From Dendrobates tinctorius (Eukaryota): a DNA stretch of 64,000 nucleotides. Position 1 is the first letter of the stretch; each line of letters starts with the position of its first letter. The translations under genes were made by a program, and so were the position numbers. This document shows, in pieces, positions 56,334-64,000 of this stretch. The notes below the pieces were generated by a model that did no database searches, had not been told where the DNA came from, and saw only the letters and a list, made by a program, of their open reading frames with translations. The DNA lies in assembly GCF_039654945.1 (NCBI RefSeq), contig NW_027361788.1, forward strand, positions 36,146,001-36,210,000. Direction: 5' to 3'.

Positions 56334-56600
56334 GCTGTGCCTTAGTTTGAGCCGCATCGGCTTCCGTCAGACACCACAGCGTCCGCTCGTTACCATGGAA
56401 ATTGTCAAAGGAGCGAAAGACTACAGTGAGAAGACCTAAAGACACGCCCCTTTCATGCTGATTGGAGAGAAAGAAAGCTTATGGCCGTTCAAAGTCACAC
56501 CCCCTCCGTGGCTGATTCTTGCAGAAGTGTTCCAAACGCCGTAGAAGTGAGAGTGCGCATGCGCGTTTCGTGCAAAGGCGTTGTGTACGCATGCGCACTA
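56334..56600 (-). promoter_or_regulatory. STKLD1 5'UTR/promoter
   Basis: CpG-rich; RFX X-box GTTACCATGGAAAT at 56389, ACACGCCCC at 56442, CCAAT (minus) at 56461, NRF1 TGCGCATGCGC at 56554 and a second copy at ~56587. Confidence 0.65.
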
Positions 56601-56961
56601 ACTCTAAACTGAGTGCACTGCAGAACGTGAAATCTGGCATGGAGAGGTTTGGGGCTCTGTGACCCGTGTACTGTGCACAGTCATGTATGCAGTCTGCAGG
56701 AATGGTGCAGTCATGGAGGGACATTTCCCAGTCACTGATTAAACTGCTGCAATCAAATGAAAGAAAATGGTCATAAGGCTTCATCTGTGCAATGACTATA
56801 ATATCATATCTGTGGCAGCAAAGCTAAAATCGGTATCATTATTTGCTGCACAAGTCTCAGTGAACACCATATCGAGGAGGCGAAACCGAGCTCAGGGATA
56901 TATGGTGTTCCAGGGTTAATTCAGTATTTTCAAGTAAAATAACTGCTTAATGTTAGAAGCG

Positions 56962-59900
56962 TGTGAGTCCTGCATCCCCCTCCCACTAATACAGAGAGCC
57001 TGTGAGTCCTGCATCCCCCTCCCACTAATACAGAGAGCCTGTGAGTCCTGCATCCCCCTCCCACTAATACAGAGAGCCTGTGAGTCCTGCATCCCCCTCC
57101 CACTAATACAGAGAGCCTGTGAGTCCTGCATCCCCCTCCCACTAATGCAGAGAGCCTGAGTTCTACATCCCCCTCCCACTAATGCAGAGATCCTGTATCC
57201 CTCTCCCACTAATGCAGAGAGCCTGAGTCCTGCATCCCCCTCCCACTAATGCAGAGAGCCTGAGTCCTACATCCCCCTCCCATGAATGCAGAGAGCCTGA
57301 GTCCTGCATCCCCTCCCACTAATGCAGAGAGCCTGAGTCCTGCATCCCCTCCCACTAAAGCAGAGAGCCTGAGTCCTGCATCCCCTCCCACTAATGCAGA
57401 GAGCCTGTGAGTCCTGCATCCCCCTCCCACTAATACAGAGAGCCTGAGTCCTGCATCCCCCTCCCACTAATGCAGAGAGCCTGAGCTCTACATCCCCCTC
57501 CAACTAATGCAGAGAGCCTGAGTCCTGCATCCCCCTCCCACTAATGCAGAGAGCCTGTGAGTCCTGCATCCCCCTCCCACTAATACAGAGAGCCTGTGAG
57601 TCTTGCATCCCCCTCCCACTAATGCAGAGAGCCTGAGCTCTGCATCCCCCTCCCACTAATGCAGAGAGCCTGAGTTCTGCATCCCCTCCCACTAATGCAG
57701 AGAGCCTGTGAGTCCTGCATCCCCTCCCACTAATGCAGAGAGCCTGAGTCCTGCATCCCCTCCCACTAATGCAGAGAGCCTGAGTCCTGCATCCCCTCCC
57801 ACTAATGCAGAGAGCCTAAGTCCTGCATCCCCCTCCCACTAATACAGAGAGCCTGAGTCCTGCATCCCCTCCCACTAATGCAGAGAGCCTGAGTCCTGCA
57901 TCCCCTACTCCCAATGCAGAGAGCCTGAGTCCTGCATCCCCTCCCACTAATGCAGACAGCCTGTGAGTCCTGCATCCCCCTCCCACTAATACAGAGAGCC
58001 TGAGTCCTGCATCCCCTCCCACTAATGCAGAGAGCCTGAGTCCTGCATCCCCTCCCACTAATGCAGAGAGCCTGTGAGTCCTGCATCCCCCTCCCACTAA
58101 TACAGAGAGCCTGAGACCTGCATCCCCCTCCCACTAATGCAGAGAGCCTGAGTCCTGCAACCCCTCCCACTAATGCAGCCTGTGAGTCCTGCATCCCCCT
58201 CCCACTAATACAGAGAGCCTGAGTCCTGCATCCCCTCCCACTAATGCAGCCTGTGAGTCCTGCATCCCCCTCCCACTAATACAGAGAGCCTGAGTCCTGC
58301 ATGCCCTCCCACTAATGCAGAGAGCCTGTGAGTCATGCATCCCCCTCCCACTAAAACAGAGAGCCTGAGTCCTGCATCCCCCTCCCACTAATGCAGAGAG
58401 CCTGAGTCCTGCATCCCCCTCCCACTAATGCAGAGAGCCTGAGACCTGCATCCCCATTCACTAATGCAGAGAGCCTGAGTCCTGCATCCCCCTGTCACTA
58501 ATACAGAGTGCTTGTGAGTCCTGCATCCCCCTCCCACTGATGCAGAGAGACTGAGTCATGCATCCCTCTCCCACTGATGCAGAGAGACTGTGAGTCCTCC
58601 ATCCCCCTCCCACTGATGCAGAGACTGAGTCCTGCATCCCCCTCCCACTGATGCAGATCCTGTGACTCCTGCATCCCCCTCCCACTAATGCAGAGAGCCT
58701 GAGTCCTGCATCCCCCTCCCACTGATGCAGATCCTGTGACTCCTGCATCCCCCTCCCACTAAAACAGAGAGCCTGAGTCCTGCATCCCCCTCCCACTAAT
58801 GCAGAGAGCCTGAGTCCTGCATCCCCCTCCCACTAATGCAGAGAGCCTGTGAGTCCTGCATCCCCCTCCCACTAATGCAGAGCTTGAGCTCTGCATCCCC
58901 CTCCCACTAATGCAGAGAGCCTGATCTCTACATCCCCCTCCCACTAATGCAGAGAGCCTGAGTCCTGCATCCCCCTCCCACTAATGCAGAGAGCCTGTGA
59001 GTCCTGCATCCCCCTCCCACTAATACAGAGAGCCTGAGTCTTGCATTCCCCTCCCACTAATGCAGAGAGCCTGAGCTCTGCATCCCCCTCCCACTAATGC
59101 AGAGAGCCTGAGTTCTGCATCCCCTCCCACTAATGCAGAGAGCCTGTGAGTCCTGCATCCCCTCCCACTAATGCAGAGAGCCCGAGTCCTGCATCCCCTC
59201 CCACTAATGCAGAGAGCCTGAGTCCTGCATCCCCTCCCACTAATGCAGAGAACCTGAGTCCTGCATCCCCCTCCCACTAATGCAGAGAGCCTGAGTCCTG
59301 CATCCCCTCCCACTAATGCAGAGAGTCTGAGTTCTGCATCCCCTCCCACTAATGCAGACAGCCTGTGAGTCCTGCATCCCCCTCCCACTAATACAGAGAG
59401 CCTGAGTCCTGCATCCCCTCCCACTAATGCAGAGAGCCTGAGTCCTGCATCCCCTTCCACTAATGCAGAGAGCCTGTGAGTCCTGCATCCCCCTCCCACT
59501 AATACAGAGAGCCTGAGTCCTGCATCCACCTCCCACTAATGCAGAGAGCCTGAGTCCTGCATCCCCTCCCACTAATGCAGCCTGTGAGTCCTGCATCCTC
59601 CTCCCACTAATACAGAGAGCCTGAGTCCTGCATCCCCTCCCACTAATGCAGAGAGCCTGTGAGTCCTGCATCCCCCTCCCACTAATACAGAGAGCCTGAG
59701 TCCTGCATCCCCCTCCCACTAATGCAGAGAGCCTGAGTCCTGCATCCCCCTCCCACTCATAGAGTGCTCGTGAGTCCTGCATCCCCCTCCCACTGATGCA
59801 GAGAGACTGAGTCCTGCATCCCCCTCCCACTGATGCAGAGAGACTGTGAGTCCTCCATCCCCCTCCCAATGATGCAGAGACTGAGTCCTGCATCCCCCTC

Positions 59901-62900
59901 CCACTCATAGAGTGCTCGTGAGTCCTGCATCCCCCTCCCACTGATGCAGAGAGACTGAGTCCTGCATCCCCCTCCCACTGATGCAGAGAGACTGTGAGTC
60001 CTCCATCCCCCTCCCAATGATGCAGAGACTGAGTCCTGCATCCCCCTCCCACAGATGCAAATCCTGTGACTTCTGCATCCCCTCCCACTAATGCAGAGAG
60101 CCCGAGTCCTGCATCCCCTCCCACTAATGCAGAGAGCCTGAGTCCTGCATCCCCTCCCACTAATGCAGAGAGCCTGAGTCCTGCATCCCCCTCCCACTAA
60201 TGCAGAGAGCCTGAGTCCTGCATCCCCTCCCACTAATGCAGAGAGCCTGAGTCCTGCATCCCCCTCCCACTAATGCAGAGAGCCTGAGTCCTGCATCCCC
60301 TCCCACTAATGCAGAGAGCCTGAGTCCTGCATCCCCTCCCACCAATGCAGAGAGCCTGAGTCCTGCATCCCCTCCCACTAATGCAGAGAGTCTGAGTTCT
60401 GCATCCCCTCCCACTAATGCAGACAGCCTGTGAGTCCTGCATCCCCCTCCCACTAATACAGAGAGCCTGAGTCCTGCATCCCCTCCCACTAATGCAGAGA
60501 GCCTGAGTCCTGCATCCCCTTCCACTAATGCAGAGAGCCTGTGAGTCCTGCATCCCCCTCCCACTAATACAGAGAGCCTGAGTCCTGCATCCACCTCCCA
60601 CTAATGCAGAGAGCCTGAGTCCTGCATCCCCTCCCACTAATGCAGCCTGTGAGTCCTGCATCCCCCTCCCACTAATACAGAGAGCCTGAGTCCTGCATCC
60701 CCTCCCACTAATGCAGAGAGCCTGTGAGTCCTGCATCCCCCTCCCACTAATACAGAGAGCCTGAGTCCTGCATCCCCCTCCCACTAATGCAGAGAGCCTG
60801 AGTCCTGCATCCCCCTCCCACTCATAGAGTGCTCGTGAGTCCTGCATCCCCCTCCCACTGATGCAGAGAGACTGAGTCCTGCATCCCCCTCCCACTGATG
60901 CAGAGAGACTGTGAGTCCTCCATCCCCCTCCCAATGATGCAGAGACTGAGTCCTGCATCCCCCTCCCACAGATGCAAATCCTGTGACTTCTGCATCCCCC
61001 TCCCACTAATGCAGAGCCTGAGTCCTGCATCCTCCTCCCACTAATGCATAGAGCCTGTGAGCCCTGCATTCTCCTCCTTTAATGCAGAGAGCCTGTGAGT
61101 CCTGCATCTCCCTCACACTAATGTAGAGAGTCTGTGAGTCCTGCATCCCCAGTCATTAAAGCAGAGAGCCTGAGTCCCTGCATACTCCTCCCACTAATGC
61201 AAAGAGCCTGAGCTCTGCATCTCCCTCCCACTAATGCAGAGCCTGAGTTCTGCATCCCCTCCGTCTAACGCAGAGAGCCTGTGAGTCCTGCATCCCCCTC
61301 CCACTAATGCAGAGAGCCTGAGTCCTGCTTCCCCTCCCACTAATGCAGAGAGCCTGAGTCCTGCATCCCCCTCCCACTAATGCAAAGAGCCTGAGCTCTG
61401 CATCTCCCTCCCACTAATGCAGAGCCTGAGTTCTGCATCCCCTCCGTCTAACGCAGAGAGCCTGTGAGTCCTGCATCCCCCTCCCACTAATGCAGAGAGC
61501 CTGAGTCCTGCTTCCCCTCCCACTAATGCAGAGAGACTGTGAGTCCGCCATCCCTCTCCCACTGATGCAGATCCTGTGAGTCCTGCATCACCCTCCTACT
61601 AATGCAGAGCCTGAGTCTTGCATCCTCCTCTCACTAATGCATAGAGCCTGTGAGCCCTGCATTCTCCTCCTTTAATGCAGAGAGCCTGTGAGTCCTGCAT
61701 CTCCCTCACACTAATGTAGAGAGCCTGTGAGTCCTGCATCCCCATTCACTAATGCAGAGAGCCTGAGTCCCTGCATCCTCCTCCCACTAATGCAGAGAGC
61801 CTGTGAGTCCTGCATCCCCCTCCCACTAATGCAGAGAGCCTGAGTCCTGCATCCCCCTCCCAGTAATGCAGAGAGCCTGAGTCCTGCATCCCCCTCCCAC
61901 TAATGCATCTCTCTCCCACTAATGCAGAGCCTGAGTCCTGCATTCCCCTCCCACTAATACAGAGAGCCTGAGTTGTTGTGAGTTCATTTTCCCCTTCACC
62001 ATTGAGGTCTGATGAACTCCCTCTTCTGGTGAAGGGAGGTAGTGAGGCTGATTACCAAACAGCTGAGCAGAATGATGATGACTGGGTGACTGGAATTGCT
62101 GACTGGATATAAGGCAGCCGACGCCCTTCTGCCTCGCTGGTGATCTCTCTGAGGGATTCTAGGAGACCAGTCTGATTCCTGCTCCTCAAAAGCTAAGTTT
62201 TCTGCTCTACCTTTTGCATTTGTGTTTTGGTTTTGTTTTGCATTGTTTTCCTTGATTTCTGCCATTCCCTGCTGGGGTGAGCTGAATTCCTTTTTGCTCT
62301 GTCTTCAGAGAATACCTGAGTACTGATATAGTCTTTTTGAAGCCTAGCGTCTTCAGGGCTTTTTTCCCTATCAGCTGTTGGCTCTTGTTTTGATAGGGTT
62401 TTGGCGGATTACAGACAGCAGCTTTTCTATCCTGTCCTATCTAGTTAGCTTGGGCCCCATCATTTGCTCAGCCTATCTTTCTATCTGTGTGAGTGTTTTT
62501 TCATCTTGCTTCACCGTCATTATATGTTGGGGGATGCCTATTGCTTTGGGGTCTGCTCTGGGGCAGTTTAGATTTCCCTTTCTGTCTTTAGGCTATGTAG
62601 TTCTCCGGCTGTGATCGAGGAGTCTAGGGCACCGTAGAAACCCCCCACGGCTACTGCTAGTTGTTGTTGATAGGTTCAGGGGTCTGTAATCCGATAGCTG
62701 CCAACTTCTCTGGTTTTTTGGACTTAGCTAGTATTTCTGTTTTTGCCTTCTACGGTGACTCATTCATAACACTGAGTCCTGCATCCCCCTCCCACTAATG
62801 CAGAGAGCCTGAGTCCTGCATCTCCCTCCCACTAATGCAGAGAGCCTGAGTCCTGCATCTCCCTCCCACTAATGCAGAGAGCCTGAGTCCTGCATCCCCC

Positions 62901-63665
62901 TTCCACTAATGTAGAGCCTGATTCCTGCATCCCCCTCCCACTAATGCAGAGAGCCTGAGTCCTGCATCCCCTCCCACTAATGCAGAGAGCCTGAGTCCTG
63001 CATCCCCCATTCACTAATGCAGAAAGCCTGAGTCCTGCATCCCCCTCTCACTAATACAGAGCTTGTGAGTCCTGCATCCCCCTCCCACTGATGCAGAGAC
63101 TGAGTCCTGCATCCCTCTCCCACTGATGCAGATCCTGTGAGTCCTGCATCACCCTCCCACTAATGCAGAGCCTGAGTCCTGCATCCTCCTCCCACTAATG
63201 CAGAGCCTGTGAGTCCTGCATTCTCCTCCTTTAATGCAGAGAGCCTGTGAGTCCTGCATCTCCCTCACACTAATATAGAGAGCCTGTGAGTCCTGCATCC
63301 TCCTCCCACTAATGCAGAGAGCCTTTGAGTCCTGCATCCCACTAATGCAGAGAGCCTGTGAGTCATGCAGTCCCCTCCCACTAATGCAGAGCCTGAGTCC
63401 TGTATCCCCCTCCCACATACAGAGAGCCTGAGTCCTGCATCCTCCTGTCACTGATACAAAGAGCCTGTGAGTCCTGCACCCCCTACCACTAATACATAGA
63501 GTCTGTGAGTCCTGCATCCCCCATCCACTAATGCAGAGAAACTGAGGCCTGTAACCCAAGCCACCTAATACAGTAAGTCTTCGAGCTCTGCACCCCCTGT
63601 CTACTAACATAGGAAGCCTGCAAGTCCTACATCCCCCTCCCACTAATAGGAGAGCCTGAGTCATG
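56962..63665. repeat. 38-41-bp C-rich minisatellite (GAGTCCTGCATCCCCCTCCCACTAATGCAGAGAGCCT), ~150 copies, interrupted by a solo LTR
   Basis: Seen directly; source of all GGGCRTQALC pseudo-ORFs. Confidence 0.97.
61974..62771. mobile_element. Solo LTR (798 bp) inserted in the minisatellite
   Basis: TGTTGTGA...TCATAACA imperfect inverted termini; CTGAGT duplicated on both sides; unique sequence interrupting the array. Confidence 0.8.
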
Positions 63666-63679
63666 TACCCCTGTACACT

Positions 63680-64000
63680 AAGGCTGTGTTCTCACACAGC
63701 ATTTTTTTAGAGGTATTTTTAGCAGATTTTCCTATAAAACCGCTAAAAATAAGCTTCCCATTCATTTCTATGCATTTTGCACTTTTTGTGCATACTGATG
63801 CATTTTTTACAGCGAAAAAAACGCTTTGCAGTAAAAAACGCAGCATGCTCATTAATCTCGCGTTTTTTTCCGCTATTTCTATGCATTTTGAAAACGCGCG
63901 GAAAAAAACGCATAAAAACCGCGTTTTCTGTGCAAAAACCGCGCAGAAAAAAACGCGCGGTTTCTGGGAAGGGAGTCAGGTGTTTTAGCAGAAATTTTCT
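63680..64000. mobile_element. Harbinger-type MITE, partial at the window edge
   Basis: taaGGCTGTGTTCTCACA start; aaaacgc/gcatttt-rich interior. Confidence 0.5.

Noticed and set aside
56916-63664. Long repetitive ORFs (GGGCRTQALC..., up to 306 aa)
   Set aside because: Translations of a minisatellite with mixed unit lengths that keep shifting frame; no splice or codon support.

Overview
Vertebrate genomic DNA, most likely a frog (inferred from repeat content and protein similarity). Three spliced genes were rebuilt by hand from GT-AG sites with consistent codon phase: the 5' part of SARDH (minus, 5 coding exons, 8095 to 408, running off the left edge), a complete REXO4 (plus, 8 coding exons, 18616-35819, 413 aa) and a complete STKLD1 pseudokinase (minus, 19 coding exons, 56333 to 37452, 640 aa). 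REXO4 and STKLD1 are convergent as in mammals, but SARDH is head-to-head with REXO4, which suggests a local inversion relative to amniotes. Introns and intergenic DNA hold three solo LTRs with target-site duplications (TSDs), two L2-like LINEs, an almost intact DD34E Tc1 element, a fold-back Tc1 derivative, many hAT/Harbinger/T2-type MITEs and several tandem arrays. Most ORFs in the supplied track are artefacts of these repeats. The most notable structure is a pair of highly similar L2 copies in opposite orientation that bracket REXO4 exons 3-7 within about 100 bp of the splice sites, a back-splicing (circRNA)/dsRNA geometry. The loop between them contains a 7.2-kb satellite that appears to have grown inside a MITE. 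No wholly new gene system could be supported from sequence alone. Comparisons with human genes are from recall and need an alignment to confirm.
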